Below the pieces are notes generated by a model. That model was given only the letters and a program-made list of their open reading frames with translations. It did not search any database and was not told the DNA's origin. A stretch of DNA of 43,782 nt from a virus (Duplodnaviria > Caudoviricetes), in the IMG/VR virus record IMGVR_UViG_3300011335_000838, positions 1-43,782 of that record; one strand, given 5' to 3'. Below are positions 27,608 through 36,367 of this stretch, in pieces. The translations under genes and the position numbers were made by a program. Positions within the stretch are counted from its first letter, which is position 1; each line of letters begins with the position of its first letter.

Positions 27608-28249
27608 TCATGCGGGCGGGCTTCCCGGTCTCTCCTCTGTTATTATTTTGTTTCCTTTATTATCCCATGTAATTTTAAACATCTTTCCGTCAGGCATTCT
27701 TCCGCGCGTATTCCTTCTTTTGATAACTTTTTCATCCTCAATCTTCTGCTTGACACTTTCTAAAATTTTTGCCTTCCATTCCTGTTCAGTCAATCCTTTC
27801 CTGGAAATAATCTTTCCGCTACGCAACCCTCTCCACTCTGGAATGACGCGTTGTAACGCCCGGTCAGTCCTTCGACGATCAAACTCGGCAATTCTCTCTT
27901 TGATGTCATTTGCAATTTTTTCCCCATCGTTGGCAATAATCATAAATTCAATTAATCTATTCCAGTTTGTTGAATGGATTCTGTGATCTGTTGGATAAGC
28001 TTTTACATCCTCAATCCCATCAAAAACTACATCTTCTTTGCTGGACTTTGAGTAGAAGTCTAGCGAGATAATCATCTCATCGTATGTCCACAGCTTCCTA
28101 TCCCTGCCCTCATCGTTTGGTGGCGCAAGAAGGTATCCAGCACCAACAATCCTCCAGACCTTACTGAAATGGACCCCAAGCACTTTTCCAATATCTGATG
28201 CACTATAGAATTCTTTTGTCCAAAACTCGTCAGGCAATTCACCACTCAT
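27608..28249 (-). CDS. HTH DNA-binding protein
   Basis: FYSASDIGKVLGVHFSKVWRIV..G MerR/Xis-like HTH. Confidence 0.65.
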   Translation of the reverse strand: MSGELPDEFWTKEFYSASDIGKVLGVHFSKVWRIVGAGYLLAPPNDEGRDRKLWTYDEMIISLDFYSKSSKEDVVFDGIEDVKAYPTDHRIHSTNWNRLIEFMIIANDGEKIANDIKERIAEFDRRRTDRALQRVIPEWRGLRSGKIISRKGLTEQEWKAKILESVKQKIEDEKVIKRRNTRGRMPDGKMFKITWDNKGNKIITEERPGSPPA

Positions 28250-28251
28250 AA

Positions 28252-29382
28252 TTATGTCCTCTTATTAATTATGTTTTCAACCATTTGAATACGCTCACCA
28301 ATCCAACGCATTACTGGGACCGCCATACTGTTACCTAGAGCTTTATACCTTGGACTGTCATATTTGCTAAGGGTGTAATCGTCAGGAAATCCCTGAAGCC
28401 TTTCACACTCCCTAGGCGTCAACCTTCTGACCTGAGGCTCAACAGATCTAGGCAGAACTACAGGGAAACGGTTTTTTTCTGGCATCATCTGGCCTTTGGC
28501 TACGACTGAGTCTATTGTCTGGGATACCTCAGATCCATCCCAGAAACACCCCTTGGATGTAGCACGAACTACCGCTTCTACCTGGGTGGTTATTTCAGAA
28601 GATTGCGGACTCCTTGAAGGATCATTTGAAGCAGTTAATGTTGGAGCCGATATTGCTACGCATGGTTCTGTGTCATCCCGCTTGGTCTGACTGGTCAGGG
28701 TGGGAACTACTCTGCTTCCCGCAATGGTTCCTGATCTTCGCGCTTCTGCGACTGTGAACGCAATAGCACCGCATTCAATGCCCGGACAAGAATCTGCGGG
28801 AGAATCTTTCCTTTTTTTTCGCATCTCCTGATTATTCCAGCACAAGCTTTTTCGCTCAAAAAGTACCGCTGCGGAACTCCTCCAACATCCTGCTCCAAGA
28901 TATCCGATAAGGAAGACTCGCTTCCTTCGTTGTGGGACTCCGAAGTGTTTAGCGTCCAACACTCTCCATGATATGCCATACCCGAATTTGACCAGCGACC
29001 CGATAAAGGCGGCGAAATCCTTTCCTCCGTTACTGGACAGGACACCTGGGACATTTTCCCAGACAATCCAACGGGGGAGGAATCGAGCAGCAATTCCTGA
29101 AAACGCAAGGGCCAATCTACCACGCGGGTCATCCATGCCACCTCGTCCTCCAGCTGTGGAGAACGATTGGCGAGGGGTTCCTCCCACAAGAATGTCGATT
29201 GAACCAATTTTCCACTTTTCATATTCCGTTATGTCTCCCAGGTTCGGAGTCTCTGGATAATGTCTAGCAAGTATTGAAGCTGGAAATGGTTCTATTTCTG
29301 AATACGCTTCCGCTTTCCAGCCAAGGTGTTTCCAGGCTACAGTAGCCGCTTCAATTCCAGAGCATACAGAAAGGTATTTCAT
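28252..29382 (-). CDS. C5 cytosine DNA methyltransferase (catalytic Cys replaced by Arg as sequenced)
   Basis: SVCSGIEA (I), GGTPRQSFS (IV), ENVPG (VI), PQRRKRVF (VIII), RRLTPRECERLQGFP (IX), GNSMAVPV (X). Confidence 0.92.
   Translation of the reverse strand: MKYLSVCSGIEAATVAWKHLGWKAEAYSEIEPFPASILARHYPETPNLGDITEYEKWKIGSIDILVGGTPRQSFSTAGGRGGMDDPRGRLALAFSGIAARFLPRWIVWENVPGVLSSNGGKDFAAFIGSLVKFGYGISWRVLDAKHFGVPQRRKRVFLIGYLGAGCWRSSAAVLFERKSLCWNNQEMRKKRKDSPADSCPGIECGAIAFTVAEARRSGTIAGSRVVPTLTSQTKRDDTEPCVAISAPTLTASNDPSRSPQSSEITTQVEAVVRATSKGCFWDGSEVSQTIDSVVAKGQMMPEKNRFPVVLPRSVEPQVRRLTPRECERLQGFPDDYTLSKYDSPRYKALGNSMAVPVMRWIGERIQMVENIINKRT
28707..29222 (-). CDS. nested alternative-frame ORF inside the methyltransferase (possible second subunit)
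   Basis: 171 aa; SLSDILE...VPQRYFLSEKACAGIIRR..KKGK.LP..L resembles the post-motif-VIII segment of C5 MTases; start uncertain. Confidence 0.55.
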   Translation of the reverse strand: MKSGKLVQSTFLWEEPLANRSPQLEDEVAWMTRVVDWPLRFQELLLDSSPVGLSGKMSQVSCPVTEERISPPLSGRWSNSGMAYHGECWTLNTSESHNEGSESSLSDILEQDVGGVPQRYFLSEKACAGIIRRCEKKGKILPQILVRALNAVLLRSQSQKREDQEPLREAE

Positions 29383-29475
29383 TTATTATTATCCATAGTA
29401 CCACCACCTTGCAAGATCCCAAATTTCCGGGATAAACGGAATTAAACGCCAAAAATATTCCATGTCTTCTCCAGT

Positions 29476-29520
29476 AAAACCACCCGGCCAGTTAAGCATT
29501 AGAACACCAGCCGGGTGGCT
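29476..29520 (-). terminator. Rho-independent terminator
   Basis: CCACCCGGC...GCCGGGTGG stem followed by TTTT on -. Confidence 0.6.
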
Positions 29521-29650
29521 AATTATTTCCCGTGACCCTAGTTACCTGCACCACCTTCCCGGTATAAGCTACCGCCTCGGTGGCTGGAAAAAACCCTTGA
29601 AATGCGCCAAATTTCAAGGGATTTGCCAACCGGCAAATATCATGCGCCAT
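29519..29650 (-). CDS. small hypothetical protein (MAHDICRLANPLKFG..., 43 aa)
   Basis: ATG overlaps the end of 29640..29933; stop abuts the terminator. Confidence 0.35.
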   Translation of the reverse strand: MAHDICRLANPLKFGAFQGFFPATEAVAYTGKVVQVTRVTGNN

Positions 29651-29933
29651 GCTGAGCAACCAACAGCGGCCCAGATTTCCCATCGTCGTAGTAGACCTTC
29701 GTGAATTTGTGAACGACTGCGTGAAACGCAATCAGATATGCCCAGACCGCCATCGGCCCAGTCAATGTGACCTCACTCCTGTCGGTTGCGAGGGCAATAC
29801 TTTTGTTAAGATTTACGGCCATGATTTCCATAGCCAATTTTGGCGCAGTTACCAGGTTGGCACGGCCACCAATTTGAATAATCTCACATCCAGCCCATAG
29901 CGTTTCATTCGCCAAGCCTATGTCAATTCGCAC
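29640..29933 (-). CDS. Csx3/Crn3-like protein, copy A
   Basis: EVTLTGPMAVWAYLIAFHAVVH...VYYDDG...LLVAQH parallels the Csx3 pattern V.L.G.gP.WLY....H......YD.....V...H; AAGGAG RBS. Confidence 0.6.
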   Translation of the reverse strand: MRIDIGLANETLWAGCEIIQIGGRANLVTAPKLAMEIMAVNLNKSIALATDRSEVTLTGPMAVWAYLIAFHAVVHKFTKVYYDDGKSGPLLVAQHGA

Positions 29934-29964
29934 TATAACACTCCTTAAAAATTACCACAAACCA

Positions 29965-30037
29965 TCAGGCTAGCCGGAATCGAACCGGCGAACTGGCTGC
30001 TCACCAGCCCCCCTACCACAGGTCGCCATCATCCCCG
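29965..30037 (-). ncRNA. degenerate tRNA-like element
   Basis: Perfect T-arm GCCGG-TTCGATT-CCGGC, GGCTG/CAGCC arm, TGGTA D-loop-like motif; acceptor stem only partly paired, no CCA. Confidence 0.5.
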
Positions 30038-30084
30038 CAATCACGAGGGATGTTGGTGCCGTAAAACGGCTTATTAATTTCATT

Positions 30085-30417
30085 TTAAAACTCATCGTCC
30101 ATACCTGGCACCGAATGGCCGTAAATTAATACAGGTATATTTTTGCCATCATCATAATAAATATAACTGAATTTATGATGCAAAGTTCTGAGGCAACAAA
30201 GGTAGACCCACACCGGAGTAGATCCAAAAATTGTTATTGAATCTGAATTTTTAAAGAAACTCGATGACAATATTTTTCTAAGGTTAGGGACAATCAGATG
30301 AATCGCATCTACCATAGGTGTGGTAATTACTTTTCTTTGATATGGAGCAGTCCCAAGTTCTGCTATAATGCATCCGTAGTACAGCGCATCATTATTCAAG
30401 CTCATGTCCAGTTTCAT
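30085..30417 (-). CDS. Csx3/Crn3-like protein, copy B
   Basis: SITIFGSTPVWVYLCCLRTLHHKFSYIYYDDGKNIPVLIYGH aligns end to end with copy A. Confidence 0.55.
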   Translation of the reverse strand: MKLDMSLNNDALYYGCIIAELGTAPYQRKVITTPMVDAIHLIVPNLRKILSSSFFKNSDSITIFGSTPVWVYLCCLRTLHHKFSYIYYDDGKNIPVLIYGHSVPGMDDEF

Positions 30418-30839
30418 TTCTTGTTCCTCTTTTCCACTTCAACCCAAAGGTCGCAATCACATCCATGAACCATGTCAATAAACTTGGTGTATTCGGTTCC
30501 AGCGTAAATTTGCAGGTACTCTCCAGGGCCAAGGATTCTCGTTAACCAGGCAACGCAACTGTTATTGACGGACAACACAGAGAACTGACCAAAGTGCGGC
30601 GGTTGCAGAAAATCCCAGTCATCAAATGCAATTCTTGAGATTTTCTCCCCTGAAGGTTTTTCTGGGTTGTTGCAATGGTATGGCGACCTATCCCAGTTTC
30701 TAAGCCTAAGATCTTCAATTTCACCGTCATAAAAGTACGCAAAATTTTTATCTACAAAACACAGATGACCTTTACCTGGCATTGCACAATCTCCAACTAA
30801 ACGCCCCTGAGGCTCGGTTGAACCCCAAGGGCATCTCAA
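30414..30839 (-). CDS. hypothetical protein
   Basis: 141-aa coupled ORF; WD..PYHCN motif. Confidence 0.65.
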   Translation of the reverse strand: MRCPWGSTEPQGRLVGDCAMPGKGHLCFVDKNFAYFYDGEIEDLRLRNWDRSPYHCNNPEKPSGEKISRIAFDDWDFLQPPHFGQFSVLSVNNSCVAWLTRILGPGEYLQIYAGTEYTKFIDMVHGCDCDLWVEVEKRNKK

Positions 30840-30842
30840 TGA

Positions 30843-31172
30843 TCACCAGCGGCATACAGCAACGAATAAGCCATTAGCCATGCGAGCAATACCAACCTCG
30901 CGAGGCCTGCCACCAAACCTAGGTTGACAGCAATTGCCAACAGCTGCGACTTCAGTAGAACCCATTCCAATTCCCTCAAACAATCCATGCCCACCATTAT
31001 GGCGGAACCGTCCAGTAGAGGAAATCAAGAACGCAGCTGCCTGCGCTGTAGCCGGTGCGGCCTGGGAGACAACCACGGCAGTGGTAGTGATGCGATTGCG
31101 GAATGGGCCTGCATCAGCCAGACCACAGAACATTCCAACAGTAAGGGCGCAAGCGGTCAAATTCTTTAACAT
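30843..31172 (-). CDS. small exported Cys-containing protein
   Basis: ATG 31172 after GGAGG; signal peptide ending ADA; H.GG...FEGIG...NCC...EVGIAR...AVCRW. Confidence 0.7.
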   Translation of the reverse strand: MLKNLTACALTVGMFCGLADAGPFRNRITTTAVVVSQAAPATAQAAAFLISSTGRFRHNGGHGLFEGIGMGSTEVAAVGNCCQPRFGGRPREVGIARMANGLFVAVCRW

Positions 31173-31213
31173 GGAAAATCCTCCTTGAATTTTAAAATCA
31201 ACCAAATCAACTT

Positions 31214-31465
31214 TCATACAGGCTGGTAATTGTCAGGTTGTGCTTTTGGTTTAGAAGACTTCTTCTTCGTCTTCTTGGCAACCACCTTGGCAACTACCTT
31301 GGCAACCGGCTTGGCAATGCATAAGCTTGCGCTGTACTTGTCCAGGAGAGAGATGATCATCTCGGCCAAAGCCCTCTTCTGGACAGTCCCATTCTTATTC
31401 TTGGGTAGTGATCCCCATGAAACAGGGGCGAAATTATTCTTCGTTGTCAGACTCTTCTTCGTCAT
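31214..31465 (-). CDS. small basic protein
   Basis: Lys-rich with AKVVAKVVAKK repeats. Confidence 0.5.
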   Translation of the reverse strand: MTKKSLTTKNNFAPVSWGSLPKNKNGTVQKRALAEMIISLLDKYSASLCIAKPVAKVVAKVVAKKTKKKSSKPKAQPDNYQPV

Positions 31466-31778
31466 TAGTTGGCTCCATTAGTTTTTTAAACATATCGACC
31501 ATGTTCTTTTTCATATACTTTAAAAGGTATATGGATCTACCAACATGTTTGATAGATTCTTTCATATCGGTCTTTGGCCTACCCAACAAGCCAACAGCCT
31601 GGATGGCAAGATAAAGATAAGCGTATCGATATCTTAAACTGCAATGATCCGAGAGAAGCTTTTCAGCATCAAACCATTCAATGGCCTGCTCATCGAAGCA
31701 CACTCTTTTTAGGTCATCATCAGTAAAGTCTGCATCTGTGATGTCATCAATGAAGTCATCCCAGTTTCTATCTTTCAT
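31434..31778 (-). CDS. hypothetical protein
   Basis: 114-aa coupled ORF with GGAGG RBS. Confidence 0.65.
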   Translation of the reverse strand: MKDRNWDDFIDDITDADFTDDDLKRVCFDEQAIEWFDAEKLLSDHCSLRYRYAYLYLAIQAVGLLGRPKTDMKESIKHVGRSIYLLKYMKKNMVDMFKKLMEPTNDEEESDNEE

Positions 31779-33808
31779 TTTCCTCCTTTTGCGGAACGGT
31801 TCCTAAACCAATTATGACCATTCACAAGATAATTTTCCGCACACAACTTCAACTTGGCTAAAACTCGATCCCTGCTGAATCCAACCTTGCTTGAATCTAA
31901 CAGCAACTGAATCTCAGCCTTGCCGCCGAATTCCAGGTAGTCTTCAATCCAATCCGCCAGCTTATCGCCGCCACCCGCCAGAGCTGTGAGTGCGTATGTG
32001 TTTTCTCCAGTCTCCATCGTCGCCTGAAGTTCTGGTGGAAAGATTGAATTGCTTTTGGAAACAAACACTCTCCGGTTCCTTGAGGAAACATCCTCTCCCT
32101 CGATCTTGCGAATCTCAATCACTTGCCTGCACTGCCCAGTAATTCTCCTTCCCAATGCCTCACCACCAGCTGATAGATGGGTTACCAAGATAATACTTGT
32201 ATTGGTTCGGTGGGCCACTTCCGCCAGCGGCTTGAAAAACTTTATTCCATCCTCAGGACGCATAGTGTTATGCGATGTGGAATTCATGACCGTGTCAACG
32301 AATACCAATGACACTCCAGTAAGAAGAATCTTCTCCTCAAGCAATTTGAAATCCTTTTCCTTATCCAAAATCGTTCCCTCTGTTGGATCGCTATTCCAAG
32401 CGTTCAGGAAGATTGCTTCGGGTGGAAACCCAAACTGTTCGGGGAACTGAGTAATCTCGCCCCACTGCCCATCGCAAGCCAGCCACATGACCGTCGAACC
32501 CTTATCCAGGGTCGATGCCGCGCCATCAGGCCAACATTCCCCAGAGTTGATCCTTCGTGTCAAATCAGCACAGAATCGAGTCTTCCCTGCCCCAGGTTCC
32601 GCTGCAACACAAACCAATGCTCCACGCTGAATCCACCCCTCCCAGATCCATTGCAAGGACTTGCCCATCCGTATCAGATCGGCAACGGTGGCAACAGTAC
32701 GGACAGCAGGATCAATAGTTGGTGCAACTAAAATCTTATCTGGAACACGGACAGACAGTAAGCATCCCAATCTAGAATTGTCTATCTTCTTTCTTGCGTC
32801 TGATATCTTGTGGGATAAATCATAATCACTCCAAGGTGGAACGCATCCAGCATTCCATTCCTGGAGAAGTCCGAGGCTATCTGCATCGGAAAGGGCGAAG
32901 GATTCAACCAGCAGGGAGGCGACCCTGTAGGTGGAACCGTGACCTCCCGATCCAGCAACGGCTGGGGGTATTTTCTGTATGTAGGTTCTAGCCGCCTGTA
33001 TGGGGTCAGATTTGCCAGATCTATTGAGAAGCGACTTCTGGTCCGCCCAGATCTCAAGAGACCGTTTTAGGGCCACTACATTCGATTGACGGACAGCTTC
33101 GGTACATTCCCCTGGAGAAATAATCCCAGTAGTACGCCAAGGCCTCTCTGCGGTGGACGGTCCCTTGCGTGAGCGTGTCCCGTAAAGCCGGATCATTCGG
33201 GTCGAATCAAATGTCACCGGATCGACTATCGCTCCAGACGAATAGCACCTAGTGGTAAGCTCTGCAAGAAACTCCTTAACAAGCTGAGTGCTAGCCTTAT
33301 CTGCTCCCATACTTACTGGATATAGTAAGTGACATCCATTTCCACTATCTGCTATAACTGGAGATCCAAATCCAAATACTCCCAAGGTAGTCATCACATG
33401 CCTGGACAGGTCAAACGCTGCTGAACGCTCTGATTCGGTGGCACATGTATCGGGCGACCTAACTGAATCGCAATCCACCAATATCCACCGGCGGGATAGC
33501 ATGTGACTGGAATTGGATGACGAAACTTTTGTTATGAATGGTTTGCGCCATTTAGAGCAGTTCCTATCAGACAGCTTTGGGTCTATTGGATTGGATACAA
33601 GGTAAACGCCTATGCATTCTGGATTGTGATCTACTGGGGCGACATCCCTTGCAAGATCATTAGCTTGAGAACCAAAGTAAAACTGATTGCGGCAGACCCG
33701 TTCTAGCCCAGCTACCTGGGTAGAAAAAAGAGCGCGAACCTCGACTAGAGATTCGCGCTCAACCAGGAGTGCAAACGCATCAGCAATTCCGTATGAAACT
33801 GCTGCCAT
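31775..33808 (-). CDS. primase-helicase (AEP-like primase + PriCT + AAA_25/RepA-like ATPase)
   Basis: LVDCD, DSGNGCHL, RLYGT; EWN..C.PPW; AEPGAGKT, LVFVDT, LVTH. Confidence 0.85.
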   Translation of the reverse strand: MAAVSYGIADAFALLVERESLVEVRALFSTQVAGLERVCRNQFYFGSQANDLARDVAPVDHNPECIGVYLVSNPIDPKLSDRNCSKWRKPFITKVSSSNSSHMLSRRWILVDCDSVRSPDTCATESERSAAFDLSRHVMTTLGVFGFGSPVIADSGNGCHLLYPVSMGADKASTQLVKEFLAELTTRCYSSGAIVDPVTFDSTRMIRLYGTRSRKGPSTAERPWRTTGIISPGECTEAVRQSNVVALKRSLEIWADQKSLLNRSGKSDPIQAARTYIQKIPPAVAGSGGHGSTYRVASLLVESFALSDADSLGLLQEWNAGCVPPWSDYDLSHKISDARKKIDNSRLGCLLSVRVPDKILVAPTIDPAVRTVATVADLIRMGKSLQWIWEGWIQRGALVCVAAEPGAGKTRFCADLTRRINSGECWPDGAASTLDKGSTVMWLACDGQWGEITQFPEQFGFPPEAIFLNAWNSDPTEGTILDKEKDFKLLEEKILLTGVSLVFVDTVMNSTSHNTMRPEDGIKFFKPLAEVAHRTNTSIILVTHLSAGGEALGRRITGQCRQVIEIRKIEGEDVSSRNRRVFVSKSNSIFPPELQATMETGENTYALTALAGGGDKLADWIEDYLEFGGKAEIQLLLDSSKVGFSRDRVLAKLKLCAENYLVNGHNWFRNRSAKGGK

Positions 33809-33820
33809 TCTTTTCCTTCC

Positions 33821-34297
33821 CTAGACGATTACTTCTTCTTCAGGTTCTTCAGGCTCAATAAGATCGATTGCCTTCAGAGACTCCATTATTCTGGCTTCCT
33901 CCTCCAACTGCAACCGGACATCCTCCTGCTCCTCAACTTTGAACTTCCTAGCAGATCTCATCATCTCGCAATGGTCAGCTGCTTCCAACGCATGGGTAAC
34001 CACCTTGGCCCCCCATCCGTATTTCACGCCGTCCAAAAGATGCTTGGTATCAAAGAGATACCCAGCGATTGCTTCGTCAGTCGAATAGAATCGACCTGAG
34101 ATCCTGAGGGCTGGAAGCCTGCCTCTTTTGATCCATTTCATCACCGTCACTGTTGAGAAGGTCTTCCTGATGCCGCATTTTGGGATTGGCACTAGTGCCT
34201 CACCTTTCCCAATCATTTCATGAAGGTTCGCTGTCCACTTGACTAGTGCCTCATCGGCAGTCAGTAGCTTGGTTGGCTTGTTGGCTGGCTTGCTCAA
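33821..34297 (-). CDS. excisionase-like HTH protein (DUF1580-like)
   Basis: STVTVMKWIKRGRLPALRISGRFYSTDEAI. Confidence 0.65.
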   Translation of the reverse strand: MSKPANKPTKLLTADEALVKWTANLHEMIGKGEALVPIPKCGIRKTFSTVTVMKWIKRGRLPALRISGRFYSTDEAIAGYLFDTKHLLDGVKYGWGAKVVTHALEAADHCEMMRSARKFKVEEQEDVRLQLEEEARIMESLKAIDLIEPEEPEEEVIV

Positions 34298-34779
34298 AAT
34301 GGCATACTCACTTCCTCTGGGGCCGATTTCAGGCTAACCACATTGATGTTGTGGTAAGTCTTGCCATTGTTCTGCGACACAGTAGCTTTCTTCTTGGCAG
34401 CAAAGATGCGGCCTGGAAGTTTTTCAAAGCTGGTCAGGACATTCCTGGAAAATGGAATGCCATTGTTTTTCCAAGTCTTTGTGTCAGTTCCAAGAAGCAG
34501 GGCACAATCACTCCCCACCATATTCATGGCAACCTGGGAGCGCAGGAAAGAGACGCGCTCAATGTCCGCGCCAACGCAAGACGGCCCTTCAACAACCTCG
34601 AACAGCCACCGTACGATCCCCTCTCCGGTGGCCGCAATGCGGTCCATCGTTACGGAGACCACCTTCATGGTGTATTCGCCATCCTCTAGGCTGTCAGCCG
34701 TGAGCTTGCGTGACGGGTCAAACTCTTCCGAAAAACCATCCAGAAGGTCCGCAACCCAGTCATTACTATTATCTGTCAT
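34294..34779 (-). CDS. single-stranded DNA-binding protein (DUF669-like)
   Basis: LEDGEYTMKV...FEVVEG OB-fold pattern, acidic C-terminal ...MPF. Confidence 0.7.
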   Translation of the reverse strand: MTDNSNDWVADLLDGFSEEFDPSRKLTADSLEDGEYTMKVVSVTMDRIAATGEGIVRWLFEVVEGPSCVGADIERVSFLRSQVAMNMVGSDCALLLGTDTKTWKNNGIPFSRNVLTSFEKLPGRIFAAKKKATVSQNNGKTYHNINVVSLKSAPEEVSMPF

Positions 34780-36367
34780 AATTCCTCCGGTTCCTGAGTC
34801 CAGGGGGTGAACAGCGTTCTGCTATTCCACGCACCCAGGACTCGACACTATCACCCTCAAACCCCCCGCAAAACCTGAGTAAGTTCTTCGCCCTTGTTAG
34901 AGCGACATACAACAGGTTTTTTTCCTGCCTCCACGCCTCAGGGTCATTAGCCCTAGCGCACAGAAGACTGGGAGTCAGGATGGTGACATTATCTGCCTCC
35001 ATCCCCTTCGCTCGATGAATCGAGGAAAGAATCACTTTCGATCCACCTTCATCGTCGCTAAACAGATTATGGCAGACATCGATAATATTTCCAACTGAAT
35101 CACAATTATTTGAAATTGTTAGAAGGCAGTCGAGCTTCTCATTCAACGCGGTGATCGCTGACTGTTCGGCCTCACGCTCGACCAGTTTCTGCCGCTCCCG
35201 GTTGCGATAAACCTCTACCTTTTTGACAAGATCGGCGACACTAATGGCCTTGAACATCTCAATCAAATTGATCAATCCTTGTCCTATAGACCTTCCCTGG
35301 ATCCTGCATGGGATGTTGTTGCCAATCATTGCGTAAGCCAGCGAAATCAACGGTGAATTGTTGCGGCATATGATCAGGTCACCAGGAATGGATTTGGATG
35401 CAAGTGCTTCCGATCCAACACCTAACACCTCTCCCTCTGGAGCGTCAGGCCTGGCGTGAATTTGCGGCACCAATATTCGAGCCAGCCTGAGGTGGCTGGA
35501 TGGGCATCGCCAGCAGGTTGAGAGGGAAAATGGGCGCGCGTCCACATCCTTGCTCAGCCTCTGGAAGGCCTTGGAATCGGCACCGGCCCATCCCATGATC
35601 GCCTGGTAGGGGTCTCCAACAATCACAATAGACTCAGCTGTTCCCTTTAAGAACTGTTGCTGAAGAGGATTAAAATCCTGAGCTTCATCGGCGAATAATA
35701 AATCCCAGGTCGATTTTCTGAGCAGTTCATTCCTGACTGGAATTGAAATCATATCCAGAAAATCAATCGTCTCCAGGCGAGATGCTCCCTCGGAAACTAT
35801 CTCCTGGGCCGCACCTACAACCTCAGCTAGCGGCCCCTCTCCAGGGAGAATGATCCCCTGTTCGTCCGCATACTCACACACCTCGGCATTTATGAATCCG
35901 TCGGTGGACAGTCCCTTGTTGCGGATTAGATCGACCAACTGCAATACTGAGTTGTATGCTCCCAATACCTTGCCTTTCTTATCCACATAGGTTGGGAACC
36001 TATGAGAAAGAATCTTCAGGTATTTCTTGGAATCCAACTCGGACTTATGGCCAGCCCTTCTCAAAGTTGCCATGCCCATTGAATGCATGGTTCCAGAATG
36101 CCCATCAGGTCCGAGCTTTGATGCGATGTCGGTTGCGATGGACTTGTTGAAGCAAACAAACCCAATCTTCCTGTACCTTCCGGACTGCGATGCGAGCTTG
36201 GCGGCTTTTATACTGGTGGTTGTCTTGCCTGATCCGGCAACTGAATCGATGCTTACGCACCGCTTTGACCACCCCGCCAGATCTATTGGGTATTTACCCT
36301 GTCCAAGAAAAAAGTCGAATATTAGTTGTTGCTCTGAAGTTGCCTTAAACTCATTAGGAATTGCCAT
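34769..36367 (-). CDS. UvrD-like SF1 helicase
   Basis: VAGSGKTT, DEAQD, VGDPYQAI, SIHRAKGME, YVALTRA. Confidence 0.93.
   Translation of the reverse strand: MAIPNEFKATSEQQLIFDFFLGQGKYPIDLAGWSKRCVSIDSVAGSGKTTTSIKAAKLASQSGRYRKIGFVCFNKSIATDIASKLGPDGHSGTMHSMGMATLRRAGHKSELDSKKYLKILSHRFPTYVDKKGKVLGAYNSVLQLVDLIRNKGLSTDGFINAEVCEYADEQGIILPGEGPLAEVVGAAQEIVSEGASRLETIDFLDMISIPVRNELLRKSTWDLLFADEAQDFNPLQQQFLKGTAESIVIVGDPYQAIMGWAGADSKAFQRLSKDVDARPFSLSTCWRCPSSHLRLARILVPQIHARPDAPEGEVLGVGSEALASKSIPGDLIICRNNSPLISLAYAMIGNNIPCRIQGRSIGQGLINLIEMFKAISVADLVKKVEVYRNRERQKLVEREAEQSAITALNEKLDCLLTISNNCDSVGNIIDVCHNLFSDDEGGSKVILSSIHRAKGMEADNVTILTPSLLCARANDPEAWRQEKNLLYVALTRAKNLLRFCGGFEGDSVESWVRGIAERCSPPGLRNRRNYDR

Noticed and set aside
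29965-30037. Functional tRNA-Ser(TGA)
   Set aside because: Acceptor stem only partly paired, abnormal anticodon loop without U33, no CCA.
33821-34297. Evidence for a temperate lifestyle from the Xis-like HTH
   Set aside because: No tyrosine or serine integrase, CI-like repressor or ParA was recognised in the window.
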